DNA from: Octopus bimaculoides
Taxonomy: Eukaryota
Assembly (NCBI RefSeq): GCF_001194135.2
Contig: NC_068981.1
Location: 79,182,547 to 79,246,546, forward strand
Reading direction: 5' to 3'
Length of the DNA: 64,000 nucleotides
Shown here: positions 12,250 through 24,803 of the stretch, in pieces
How positions within the stretch are numbered: the stretch's first letter is position 1
How the letters are laid out: each line of letters starts with the position of its first letter
Program-made: the position numbers and the translations under genes
Notes under the pieces: model-generated
Seen by the model: only the letters and a program-made list of their open reading frames with translations
Databases searched by the model: none
Told to the model about the DNA's origin: nothing

Positions 12250-13560
12250 TCAATCACTCCTCTATCTATAGTGCTACCTGGCAGCTGTAATCATCTGAAA
12301 GCAGTATTGGCACATAGTACTCCTCCATTTCTTTGTATCTCTAGTTATCTCATCCCCATTATCCTCCCTTTCTCACCCACACTATTTCACTGATCAACTC
12401 CTTTCTATGCCTTCAGTTAATTCTCTCCTCTGCTATATTCCATTCTACTCCATTTAATACCTCACATATCTGATTTCCTCATCATTACCATCTCATTTAT
12501 GCTATCACACCCCACTCACTATAGCCACTCTTATGTACCCCCTACATCTCCCTCCTTACCACTTCTACACCTTGCACATTAATCTCCTACCTTCTGATCT
12601 ATCCTTCCTGAACCATTTCTATCTCTCACCTTACTAACATTCTTCATACTGATATTTCCCATTCACTGTACCTCCTCCACCCTCATCTCGAACCATCTGG
12701 TACTCTCTCCTCACACACGAAAACACCCACTCTTCCCTCCCCTCCAGTGACTCACTGTCTGTATCCTTTCTTATACCCACCTTCCTGTACCTCAAGAGTT
12801 TGCTCTGTCACTCCATCACTTCATCTTTATCTCCTTCCCAACTACTTTCAACCATCTTTACACAAAGTGTGGTAGCCATATGTTCCCTCTGTAGCAAGGC
12901 ACCTATGCTTGTCCCACTCTCATACTCTAAGCCCTTGACAATTAGCATAAAGCTGTCCCATCCCCTTCAATACTCCCTCCCACCCACAAATAGGGAGTAC
13001 ATGACCCCAGCAGCCAGATTACATCTGCAGTCAATCTTCAGGGCTCAGTCTCCATTGTTAGTGAGTGTGGAGACCAGGGAGATGAAGGAGCTGACTAACT
13101 CCGTGACATGAATGTAGAACTACATATTATGTTATCTCTTTTATGGTGCCATTTACTTCTCTCACAACCCAAAATCACTTCAATTGACTTCCACCCTTCA
13201 TTCATACATTGTCCCTCTTCACTTACATTTTACATTGATAACTCTACCCTTCTATGCTAGCAAATTATCTCCCCATTTCCAGTGAATTACTTCCTGTTGA
13301 TTTGTCTATATCGCTATACATCGCTCACTCTCTTCCCCTACATTATGTCTTTCTCTCCACTCACACTGTTTCAACATTTTACCTCTCATACTCTTATAAC
13401 CTCCGCCCCACCCCATACACATATCATGCCTTTCTTTCTATTCGGTAACTCTTTACTCTTTTGTACTGCCTATCAGCACCTACACCCTGACTCATATATA
13501 TCATTGATTATCCCTCCACTATTTTTCAATCTCTAGTCATAGACCTTTCCCAATCTCTAG
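12250..13560. repeat. Unclassified, strongly C-skewed degenerate repeat (related blocks ~500-930 and ~45900-46490)
   Basis: Plus strand is C/T-rich with few G; visible similarity between 720-930 and 12700-12960. Confidence 0.45.
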
Positions 13561-13584
13561 TCATCACCCAATCATATCATCAAC

Positions 13585-14480
13585 AACAAAATTTAACATC
13601 TGTTTTCCATGCTGGCATGGGTCAAATGGCTTGACAGGAACTGACAAGGCCAGGGGCCACACAAGGTTCCATAGACTGTTTTGGTTTGGTTTCTATGGCT
13701 GGATGTCCTTTCTAATGCCAACAAATCCAGAGTATACTGGCTGCTTTTTACATGGCACCAGCACCCACACCAATACTTTTATGTGTCACCTTGGTTTTAG
13801 GATCTCAATTCTGTTTTGATGGGCAGGTCTTCTTGGTTACTGCAATACATCACATATCTCAGTTCTCTGTCATCTTCTTTCATAAGGTTCAGCATTTTGA
13901 GATCAGTTTTCAATACCTTGTCCCATGTTTTCCTGGGCCTCCCTTTTCTACAACTTCCCTCCACTTTAAGTGATCAGCACTTCTTCATGCAACTCATCCA
14001 TCTGCATCGCATGACCAAACCACTGCAGTCTCCACCCTTGCACACTACATCTAATTCTTCTTATGTCCAACTTCTCTCTCAATACACCAATGCTCTGTCG
14101 CACATGCACACTGACTTCACACATCCAACAGAGCATACTAGCTTCATTCCTCTCCAGCCTTCGCATGTCCTCCACATTCAAGGCTCACATCTCATTACCA
14201 TGCAGAATTGCAGTTCAAACACATGCATCATATAATGTTCCCTTCACTCAGAGAGAAAGAGAGACCTTTGGTTGCCAACAGAGGTAAAAGCTCTCTGAAT
14301 TTTCTCCATCCTATTCTTATTCTAACAATTACACTTTCTGTACAACCTCCTCCACTGCTAATTAGGTCTCCTAGGTAGTAAAAATTATCTACAACTTCCA
14401 CTAGGACATTCAAAGAAATCACTTTGCCATATATCTGTGGTTTTATGGCTCCTGTATATCTTCCACACTTTACAAATCTC
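13585..14480 (-). mobile_element. RTE-clade LINE 3' fragment
   Basis: VEVVDNFYYLGDLIS...RIRIGWRKFRELLPLL, MRRLERNEASML..M, RLQWFGH; 3' UTR and (GAT)n tail. Confidence 0.9.
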
Positions 14481-15094
14481 TCATCATCACCTACCCTCTC
14501 CTACATTTCATCCAACCCCTATTTTATTATCAACCTATACTCATCCTTGACCCTAACCCATTTATTTTAATATTCCTCACTCTCTCCATACATTTCAACT
14601 AACTTTATCCAACCTCCCTTCCTGTTCTTGAGCCCCAAGGGCCCATCCTGATATATTGTCACCATGATCTTTGCTTCTCTTTCCAGCTCCACACCAATTA
14701 TTATTTCTGTATAATGTGAGCAACCATGTACCTCTTCTACTGCAAGAAACTGTTCAGGCCCTTTCTTTTATATTCTATCTATTCATCAACTGGCATAAAA
14801 CTGCTGGTTAAGACTTCCGTTGGGTGAGAGCAGCTATAGTAGAACTATAGCCCCTCTCAGCCAATGGAGATCTTAATCTTGCAAACTACATGATGCCCTT
14901 ACTAGTATGGTGCCACAAAAACAATACCCAGTGAACTCTGTAAAGTGATTGGTATTAGAAATGGCACCCAACTCCTAAAACTAACTCAAAGCAAACACTG
15001 GAGCACATCACAGTCCTCTCACCATTGGATCCTGTCAAATCATCTAAACCATGCCAGCATGGAAGACAGACATTTAAAGATGAAGAATAAGGTA

Positions 15095-15872
15095 CAAAGT
15101 GGTATCAAAAATTTTCTGGACTAATTAGGTTTAATAAAAAGTAACTTATTCACCTTAGTTTTAACATCATCTCTTTTGAAATAGTTACCTTGTGCAACAA
15201 TACACCAATCCCATGATTCCTGCCACTTTGGGAATCTGGCCTGGAAGTTGTTTTCCATAAGCAAGTCAAGGACCTTCTGTGATTCACACTAGATCTCAGC
15301 AATGGTATTAAAACAGCGACCTTTGAGCTGCATTTTCATCTTGGGCAAGAGATGGAAGTCTGCAAGTGCTAAATGTGGTGAATAGGGTGGGTGCGGAAGC
15401 AATACCATGTTGTTTTTGGCTAGAAACTCGCAAGTTTATTCTCCTCCAATGATCCTCATGCACAAGCTGATGAATTTTCTCCACATTTTCATGGGTAACG
15501 CTCATGGTAGGTCTTCCAGATTGCTCATCATCTTTCAGGGACGTTCTTCCACTTTTGAAGTACCTGTGCCACCCGAAACATTGTGTACAACCCATTGCCT
15601 CATTGCTGTAAGCTTGCCAAAGCATGCTCAATGTCTCTGTAGCAGACTTCCCAAGTTTAAAACAAAATCACATGTTGGTTCTTTGTTCCAACTTCCTGTC
15701 CGTGACAAACTCACAGACTACGGCATACACATGATCACAAAAACAAATTTCACAACTTGAGAAGTAAACAGCCTCATGAAGGTCACTGCTCGCTCTCAGT
15801 GCACATGCAACCGTGTGCTGCCATCTGTTGGCATGCTACAGAACTAGTCTGGGAACATTTTGATACCTCTTC
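15095..15872 (-). mobile_element. Internally deleted mariner
   Basis: TIRs GGTATCAAAA...GACT at both ends; HTH region WHRYFKSGRTSLKDDEQSGRP joined to a frameshifted HPPYSPDLAP-type region. Confidence 0.85.
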
Positions 15873-16470
15873 ACAATTAATTTTACACAGTAAGGAAGAC
15901 ACACAGAGAAGTTCAACATTATAAACAATAATCTGTAATCAAAAGCAGTAAAGAAAAAGAAAAATTGTATGAAAAGCAGCATTTACAATGAAGACTCCAG
16001 ATTTCAAAAACCTGAAGGCAAGATTTGATGGCATTTAAACCTGCATGTTGAATGTCATTCGAAATAATTCCAAGAAAAAGCATACAATCAAGTTAAGACT
16101 GTATGACAGTCTTCTTGCAATCACTGATAGCATAAGGGAGAGATGAATATTTGTAGGACATAACTGGACAGCAAAATAAGAACTCATTAGTGGTACTCTC
16201 TTACGGAGACCCCCAAAGTGAATACATATTGGGCAGATGCTAAACAATAATCTCCAACAAGCAGTTCACTATGGACACAGGATGTTGTCATTCTGACTTC
16301 CTGAGTGTTATGCAATACTGTGATTAGTAGAATGACTAAGCTGAACAAATCCGGGCAAGCTCAACCAAATAAGAACAATGAGGATTACACGATGAAATAA
16401 TTAGTGAAAGCAATCAGAGCAGAATAAGGTTTTATACCAAGAAATGATAAGGTGGGAGGAAAAGAGTGTA

Positions 16471-16511
<41 letters not shown>

Positions 16512-16825
16512 CAATCAAAGTGAGAGGAAGTGTTATTAAAAAAGGGAAACCACTTTTTCTTGTTTCTTGGATATTAGACATTAAAAACCATCATCATTTT
16601 CATAATCATCATGGTTTTAACAACCAATTTTCCATGTTCCCATGGGTCAGATAGAAATCATTGAGGCAAATTTTTCTGCAAACAGATATCCTCACCTATT
16701 TCCAAGCAAGATTATGTTTCCATGGAAGATTGAAAAAAAAAGGACACTGCTTGCATGGTGGTGGCACTTGCTTATAACTATTATACGAAGACATAGCAAG
16801 AAGATGGTAACACACCCACACACAC

Positions 16826-16901
<76 letters not shown>

Positions 16902-17370
16902 CGGGCTTCTTTCAGTTTCCACCTACCATATTCACACACAAAGCTTTGATCAGTATAAGGCTATAAAAGTCACTTGCCCAAAGCACCATACAGTGAGGGA
17001 TGAACCTGAAACCATATGGTTGGGAAGGAAGCAAGCTTCTTAGCACACAACCATGCCTGCACTTATAATAATACTTTTATCAAATACCTTTTCAAACCAT
17101 TTAACCCTTTAGCATTTAAACCGGCCATATCCATCCCAAATATTCTACATGTTCAAACTGGCCAGATCTGGCATATCGTACCTACCCTACAATGTCATTC
17201 TAAGAAGAGACAATCACATCATCAAAATCTCGAGGCTACAAGATAATGCATGATTAATTCAAAATAATGTGAATAAACAAGCATTACTTTTGACAGAGTA
17301 ATATGAACACTGAAGGGTTCAAGGACATATATAGAGAGGTAAAGGTATAAATAAATAAAAAGATTCTTAC

Positions 17371-17471
17371 ACTGGCAATTATCTGTAGTGGTATAAAATG
17401 GTAAAATATAAGAATTCCAATCGCAACAAAAGCCCAGCTGAGGTCACTCATCTCTTCACATGTGTAGATAC
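17371..17471 (-). CDS. TMEM164: TMEM164 coding exon 4 (G-IYTCEEMSDLSWAFVAIGILIFYHFIPLQIIAS)
   Basis: 101 nt, phase 1-0, completing the split Gly codon from exon 3; acceptor tttacatAG, donor AGT|GTAAGA. Contains FYHF..LQI motif. Confidence 0.93.
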
Positions 17472-17631
17472 CTATGTAAATAAACATTTAAAAACAATTA
17501 AATTTTAAAGTAACATTACATGAAATCTGAGTCTTATTAACAGAATTTAACAAATAAAACGAAACACTTCTGATGAAACAAAGCTGATGAGTATCAAACT
17601 GTAATGACAAACAAATTAGTCTCATTTAAGT

Positions 17632-17870
17632 GAGTGCTTTTCAACCAGGGTCTGTCCATATGGCCCTTGGGGATCCATACAAGATTTTGTGAAAAATTTA
17701 TGTGCAATAAATTTCTTCTACAAAATATTTTAACAATTTTTTTTTATACAATTCCTAAAAAATATTTCATTATAAAAATTCAATAGGAATTTTTTAAAGC
17801 ACTGAATGGTTGTCAGGGTCCATCCAAGTAAAATAGAAATCAAAGAGGTTCGAAGGGTTGAGAAACACTG
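17632..17870. mobile_element. hAT MITE
   Basis: Ends GAGTGCTTTTCAACC / GGTTGAGAAACACTG; 8-bp TSD ATTTAAGT / ATTTAAAT. Confidence 0.8.
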
Positions 17871-17932
17871 ATTTAAATGGTAAAGGAACTGCTGGATCAC
17901 GTCACGTGTATGTAAATGCATACACACGCATG

Positions 17933-17971
<39 letters not shown>

Positions 17972-18021
17972 GGCATTACTACAGAATAATGCCACACACA
18001 CACACACACATATATATATTT

Positions 18022-18099
<78 letters not shown>

Positions 18100-18202
18100 C
18101 ACAGACACACACACACACACATCCGAGTTTAGCACCTAATGCATAATTAAAAATAAATGCTCATTTATCGAACATTTTTTTTTTAGCAAAAGTAACTAGA
18201 CG

Positions 18203-18232
18203 CTTTCACTTTACTCAGGGGCTTTCCGTTTC
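18203..18232. promoter_or_regulatory. Composite IRF / AP-1-like / NF-kB / IRF motif cluster
   Basis: CTTTCACTTT (minus AAAGTGAAAG) 18203-12; TTACTCA (minus TGAGTAA) 18211-17; GGGGCTTTCC (fits GGGRNYYYCC) 18218-27; minus GAAACGGAAAG 18222-32. Motif match only. Confidence 0.4.
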
Positions 18233-18699
18233 GCATGCTGTTTTACCGACCCTTTTATATACATATACAATATAAAATATAGTGTAAAGGTCATGATAAG
18301 TAATATTAGATATAAATTCACTTTACATATATATATATATATTAAAAAAGAAAAAAAATGTAAAGAGAAAGTTGTTCTAAAGTCCTACCTTTGAATATAA
18401 ATTTGCCATTTTTTGGCGGTATATAGTATCACAGACAGATCTTCAGGCCAAAATCTTTATTGATAAAATATAAACGAAGTCTTTTAACAGATCAAGTTTT
18501 CTGTCGGAGATGTATCAATATTTCTAAGAGGCCAGACAAAACTTTTTTTCCTTTTTGCTCAAAGATTTGGTTTCCCGACAAAATTTTCTCTTCTTTTTCT
18601 TTATCATTTTAACTTTTTGTACGCGTGTGTGGGGATTGTATGCGAGAGTTTTAAAGAAAATAATCAAAATACTATTAATATTATTTAGAAGTTGGATTG

Positions 18700-18891
18700 T
18701 CAACACCAGTGCCACGAGAGAAAACTGTCATTGCCTGTTATGAGCGTGACAATCATCATCGCCATTCCACCAAGAAGGAGAATAAACATAAAAGCCGCAA
18801 TAAACATTGATGTCATAACAAGGGTTGCTGCTAGCAAGCTAACTGCCAGTGTAGCTAACAGGACTTGAATAGTGTCAACCATAACCAGATT
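18700..18891 (-). CDS. Candidate nested exon encoding a 60-aa very hydrophobic peptide (MVDTIQVLLATLAVSLL...ITGNDSFLSWHWC*)
   Basis: Acceptor tttgtttctaatctcAG at 18893-92; ATG at 18882; TGA at 18702-00; non-repetitive sequence with ~45 nearly uninterrupted apolar residues. No recognised homolog. Confidence 0.4.
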   Translation of the reverse strand, partial: NLVMVDTIQVLLATLAVSLLAATLVMTSMFIAAFMFILLLGGMAMMIVTLITGNDSFLSWHWC

Positions 18892-19344
18892 CTGAGATTA
18901 GAAACAAACCACGATATAACAGACTAGTTAACTAATTTTGTCATATTCTGAATTTTTCCAATGTGACTAAGCTTTCATCGTTGTTTTTCACTTTTCTTAG
19001 AGGGAATGATGATCAAACAGAAAGATAGAAAGTTAAAAGCAATTTATGACGTGATGAAATTTTGTGAACTTATTTTTAACTGGATGAAGATGCTAGCTGG
19101 ATGAAATTCTAGATGAAGATGCTAGTTAGACAAAATAAGCGATGGAATGTTCTCCTGTAATTAAAAATTATATAGAGATAGGAAGAACGAGATAATTAAA
19201 GAGAGAGTACAGGAGGCTGTGAAATCAAACGATTCCAGATTATTAATGTGAATATTAAATCAGCTGAGACAGCAACAGCTTTCGGCTTTTTCCTTCATGA
19301 CGACGCAAAAACTTAGCCAAAGAATTCTTTAGTTACATAGTTAC

Positions 19345-19419
19345 CGATATTAGTAAACGAAAAAGAGCAAGCACAACACCTGTAAGAAATAAGAGAGCGG
19401 CTAGAATCCCCAACACCGA
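19345..19419 (-). other. Candidate 75-nt exon upstream of the hydrophobic ORF (SVLGILAALLFLTGVVLALFRLLIS)
   Basis: Acceptor ctctcactacacAG, donor TCG|GTAACT, phase 0-0, joining in frame to the 18891 acceptor. No upstream ATG found, so it may be UTR or chance. Confidence 0.25.
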
Positions 19420-19686
19420 CTGTGTAGTGAGAGCAGAGATGCATTGATGATAATCAGGACGGTGGGGAGTTAAAAATTAACAGGTTGGTTGCTATACAGT
19501 CCCTAAAGTAAAGCACATCAATTACACTTGACAATGAAAATAAAAACACTAGAACAAATATATGTATTAAAAAGAAAAGTAAATATTCCTACGAGGAATT
19601 AAAAAAAGAAAAGAACCACACACAGACACACAGACCGTAAGGGTATAATTTTAGAGAATTTTCAATCAAACTGTCTCGAAGGCATC

Positions 19687-19694
19687 TATTTATA
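19687..19694 (-). promoter_or_regulatory. TATA box (TATAAATA) candidate
   Basis: Canonical octamer on the minus strand, downstream of a CT-rich tract and followed by ACAGTT ~22 nt later, within the CpG-retaining island. Confidence 0.3.
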
Positions 19695-22550
19695 GTCAGA
19701 GAGAGAGATGGAGAGAGGAAGATTCTGAACACGTATGAAGTAAATGTAGAAGGTGATAAAGAAAAAGGAAAGAGTTGTAAACTTATATGTGAGTGAACAA
19801 AAGTATATTACAAGGTTTCATCAACCTACAAATTTAGATCAGTGGTTATTGAAACTAACTCCGTAACAAGTTTGCCTCTCGGCTGCCGAGTCTGGTGTTG
19901 TCAGTGCTACAATATCAAGTAGAGACAACTCTTTCATTACCAGACACTTCAGTGATTGCTCTTATGGAATATTTTGTTTCACTTGCAGGGCATTACGTTA
20001 TGTATTTGGGGTGGATACTTAATTCCATTTAACATCATTTTAAGATCAGTAATTTTTGAAGCTCATAGATTGGTTATTCAATTCTTTTTTTGTAATTATA
20101 TATTTTATATATAATTTTAAATAAGTTGAATAGCTATCGTTGTTTTTAATTTTTTATCAATAAATATTGTATTTTTTAATGAATTTCGATTTTTTAAAAT
20201 ACATTTTATCGTTTTATTCTTTATAAATCAATATGTCACTACAACAAGGATTCAAATATCATTAAGACAATCTGTCTTTTATCCTTCGATAATCATAAAA
20301 TGAGCACCAATAAGTCAAGTTGATTAAATTTGTGATCTAGTGGTAAAATTTAAAATATCAATATTTACAACAGTGTATCATTGAAGAAGGTTTTTGTTAG
20401 GTACAATGCTAGAACTATTTCTATTCAGAGTAGTGTGCCCTTTCAACAGCTGAAACTCCAGCATATGACACCAAACAAATAAAGAGCTGCTAGAACTATA
20501 TCAAGTATAGCAGGTAGACCTATACTTAACAAGAACTTATTTTAATGATTATATGGCTATCTTTGGAATATAGACAGCATATCTCTCATAGTAAACAACC
20601 TACAATAAAAGCATTATGATCATGGCTAGAACACTAACAATATAAGCTCAAAATTCTGTCATAAATCTGCATAAGCAGTACAGACAGAGCTAGTAAACAA
20701 TTAGATAGGCTATACAACCACAAGAAATAAACTAGTCAAAGATGGAGCTTCTATACAATCACCCACACATGTGGAATGATGTGGTCCTGGAAGCATTTTG
20801 TTTACATACAAGATGACATGGTTATAACTGAAACATGGCTCTGGTCAGTCAGTCAGTCAGTCAGTTAATTTGAGACCAAAATGTGATATGAACAGAAAGG
20901 ATATTTTTTCAAATCAATAAATAATTAAATATATAGGTTAATATTCTAATTATTGTTAGAAGTTTGGAATTGCTCAACAGTGGTTTTTGTGCAAGCTATT
21001 ATATTACATTTAAATACTTTATTGGAGATGATCTCTGTCTATACTAAAAAAAGTGTCATTCAGAAAAAAAGTATTTGTCAGAAATATGAATATAGCAATG
21101 ACCATTGTCTTTCTTTTCTTTTTTGTTGCTAGCAAACTGTTAGAATTGAATCATCATTTTATCAAGGGGTAAGACTAAATTCATGGAGGTAGATTTTCTA
21201 CAGACAGATGCAACAGTATGTTGTCGTCAACCAACACTTGTTCCCTATGCTCCCCCTTGGAAAACTGGAAACAATTGAAGCTGGTCGTATGATGGTGACA
21301 CGCATTTACAACTATCACGCAATGTCAAGATAAAGTGGCACAAACACATACACACATATATATGATGGGTTTCTTTCAGCTTCCATCAACCAAATCCACC
21401 CACACAGTGTTGGTTAGCCTAGTTCTATTATAGAAAACACTTGCTCATATACCATGCAGTGGAACTGAACCTGCAGCTTCTTAACCACACAGTCATACCT
21501 GTATTTTATGAATTTAAAAGCATTTTGGTAAAGTATTTAATAATTAATTTCATCATAGAATTGGAAGCATTTTTATGATATAATCACAACTTTCTTACAC
21601 TAATAATATACTAATTATTTTACAGTATCTATATTCTGATTCAGATTTACAGAGAAAAGCAAAATAACATCAATTTCCCCCACCATGTTAGTTAAACTCT
21701 TGTAGTCAGGTGTTCATTGAATTTTTGGATATATTCTTCCTTGCATAGTAATCAAATATCTTAGATAAGCCTCTCTCAGCAGTGAAGTAGTAGGTGAGAG
21801 ATTCTAAGCTTCAAAATCAGTTAATAGTATGATTGTTAGCTATGGAATGCTATACCAGTATAAGGGTGCTTATTTATAATTTGATGGGCTAATCTAGCAA
21901 TGATAAATTATAATATACTAATTAGCCAATAAGTCGCCACCTTCACTCAATTTACCTATGGCCCTCAATCTCCTGGGTAACAATTATTCTTAAGGAATAC
22001 AAGAATAGCTCTAAGAAGAAACAGCAAGGCCAGGACAGACTAAATGTTCAAGCAATATGTGTAAGTTAATGCAATGAGAAAGAAAACTATGCAAATCAAA
22101 ATAATGTTACAAACAACAAGTGATGTATATGTTTAATTCACTGATGAGAAGTAACATGAAAAAAACTCAGGGAGATGAAATTTGATCTGCAGGCAAACTA
22201 GCAATCAACAATATATCTTCATTGACAGTTTGCGTCCATTTTTCCATGCCAGCATGGGTTGGATATCTCGTTCGATTCCAAGTCAGTTCTTATTCAAAGT
22301 TACTGACTTCCTGGATACATTGTGGATCACATCTCAATCTCACTCATACACTCCAATACATTCTATTTTTGTCATGGTTATTACAGGTGGATGTCCTTCC
22401 TATTGCCTCCCATATTACAGAGTATACTGAGTGCATCTGATAGTGGAAGTGGCATTGGAGAGGTTAACTTGTCCCTAGCATGACTAAAGAGTACTCTCTA
22501 ACTATATATCATTTATCAATGCAGAGAGATTGTCTCATATCTGACAAGAT

Positions 22551-22590
<40 letters not shown>

Positions 22591-22822
22591 TACACAGATT
22601 CTTATAGATACTTACATAAATACACAGGTATATACATGCATATGTAAGTACAGAAACACATACATACATAGATATACATGTGTGTCAAGGTTTTTGAGAT
22701 GGTGGGTTTGCACTGTTATATTGAGCTTGCGTGTGTGTGCGAGTGTGTGTGTGTATGTATGTGTGGAGGGCATACATACATACATACATACATATACATG
22801 CAAACACACACAAATATATATA

Positions 22823-23715
22823 CGAGGGGGTACCCAAAACTAACCGGAAATGTTCTCTATGGGACAAGCCCGTTGTAGTTCAAGCTTCTGCCACTAGAAG
22901 TCACTTGATGTGACCCTCAGGCATCAGCCTGCTGACCAACAGTGTCAACAGATGTTGTACTGTCATGTGGTGCATCTTTGTTTTGCAGTGCTTCTCCTCT
23001 GTTCATTGAATTTTGTGATAGCTGAAAAGATGCTTCCATAAAATTCTGTTTCCTGCTGGGGAAAATAGTGGCCAAAACAGTTGTCATGCTTCAAACAGCT
23101 TACAAGGATGCTGCCATGCGAAAAATACAAGTTTACGAGTGGAAACCACACTTTTGGAATGGTTGCTTGTTGCTTGAAGACCAACCTCATTCAGGACAAC
23201 CATCAACCTCCTGAATGAATGAAGACATGAAAATTCATGAACTGATCTTGGAGAACAATCACCAAACAATTGACGAAATCGTTGATATGACTGGTGTGTC
23301 CTGGAGTTCCTACCAACGAATTTTGAGTGAAGAATTATGAATGAAGAGAGTTGCAGCAAAATTTGTGCCTCGCTTGCTCACAGAAGATCAAAAGCAGTCA
23401 TGAATGAATGTGTGTCATGAACTGAAAGATGAGTTGTAAGTTGATCCAGACCCTTTTTCGAAGGTCATCACTGGTGATGAAAGCTGGTGCTATGGAATAT
23501 GTAGATGTGGAAGAGGTGAAGAAAAGAACAACGGAATTGTTAAAAGGCATCACTTCACAAGAGTTCCAGCACTGCTTTGAATAGTGGAAAGCATGTCTGG
23601 ACTGATGCATTGCTTCAATTGGAGAATACTTTGAAGATGATAAAAATGTAAACATGTAAAACTAAGTGAATGGAATAATATTGCAAAATTCAGGTTTCTT
23701 TTGGGTACCCCTTCA
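22823..23715 (+). mobile_element. Internally deleted mariner
   Basis: TA-flanked TIRs CGAGGGGGTACCCAAAA / TTTTGGGTACCCCTTCA; decayed FVPRLLTEDQK and ITGDESWCY motifs. Confidence 0.9.
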
Positions 23716-23727
23716 TATATATATATG

Positions 23728-23761
<34 letters not shown>

Positions 23762-23906
23762 AAGAATATAAGGGGTTTAGTTCACTTGTGATCTAAACAA
23801 AGAGGTACACTGCATAAGTGCTACAGTAGGTCAGCTGTCTGTTAGGTTCCAAGATCACAGCTAAGGCTGGATCTAGGGATCCGTGTTAGGCTTCCATTAT
23901 AGCATG

Positions 23907-24803
23907 TATATATTATATTAGAGGAAAAATCAAAACCAAGGCACAATGTATATGTCAAGTCATTTAGAATAATTTAATTAGGGTAAGGCGAATTTGAAGT
24001 CTTACAGCAATTTCAAGGATAACCCAAGTGGTAGGTTAGCCCGTTCATGCACTAGGTATGCTGTCATCAGATACAAAGTATGAATATTGTAGACAGGGAA
24101 AAATTTACAGTTTATAAGGAATAATATAGAAGAATAAAGGAGTAAAATAGAAGAATAAAGAGTAAAAGTAGTTAGAAGAATATAGGCAGGAGAATAATGT
24201 TCATAACTCATCTTTTTCCAAAGGATATGGATGTTGGTTGGCACATCCATGAAGGTAAAGATTTTTAGTTAAAATCCCAGGTAAATCCATTTACCATTAT
24301 CCCAAGTAAGTCCTTTTACTATGATCTTTTTTTGTTCCTTTCTCCTCTCTCTTTCTCTCATACCCCACTCACAAAACCCATTTATGTCCATCATACTTTC
24401 TCGCCCAATATACATTTACATACAGTGTTCAGAATACTGCCAAAATACTGCCTGGAGATTTTAACTGAAAACATTCCTTTTTCTTCTGTAAAAAGATGAG
24501 TTATGAACATTATTCTCCTGCCTATATTCTTCTAACTACTTTTACTCTTTATTCTTCTATTTTATTCCATTTAAACTGTGAATTTTATTCCTTATAAACT
24601 GTAAATTTTTCTCCTTCTAAAATATTTATACCTTGTCTCTGGTGATGGAATAGCCAGTGCACGGACATGCTAACATATCACTTGAGTTATCTTAGAAATG
24701 GTTGTAAGACTTCAAATTCACCTTACCCTGATTGAATTATTCTAAATGACTTGAGATACTCGTTCTGCCTTGGTTTTGGTTTTTCCTCCAATATAATATA
24801 TAT
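23907..24803. mobile_element. Foldback-type element with ~310-bp inverted arms
   Basis: 23907-24217 is the reverse complement of 24490-24803; the inner 75 bp are identical; non-coding ~270-bp spacer. Confidence 0.85.

Larger units (their letters stand above)
18121..20290. promoter_or_regulatory. Intronic CpG-retaining, repeat-poor island
   Basis: Manual count: 38 CpG in 18121-19900 versus 5 in 20341-22200, at similar AT richness. No SINE or LINE pieces recognised inside. Confidence 0.6.

Noticed and set aside
18524-18715. K-rich ORF overlapping the end of the hydrophobic ORF as a frameshift continuation
   Set aside because: No ATG start, composition explained by A-runs, and no slippery site or homology recognised.
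18700-19500. Mitochondrial insertion (NUMT) as the source of the hydrophobic frames
   Set aside because: No recognisable cox/nad/cob motif under the invertebrate mitochondrial code.
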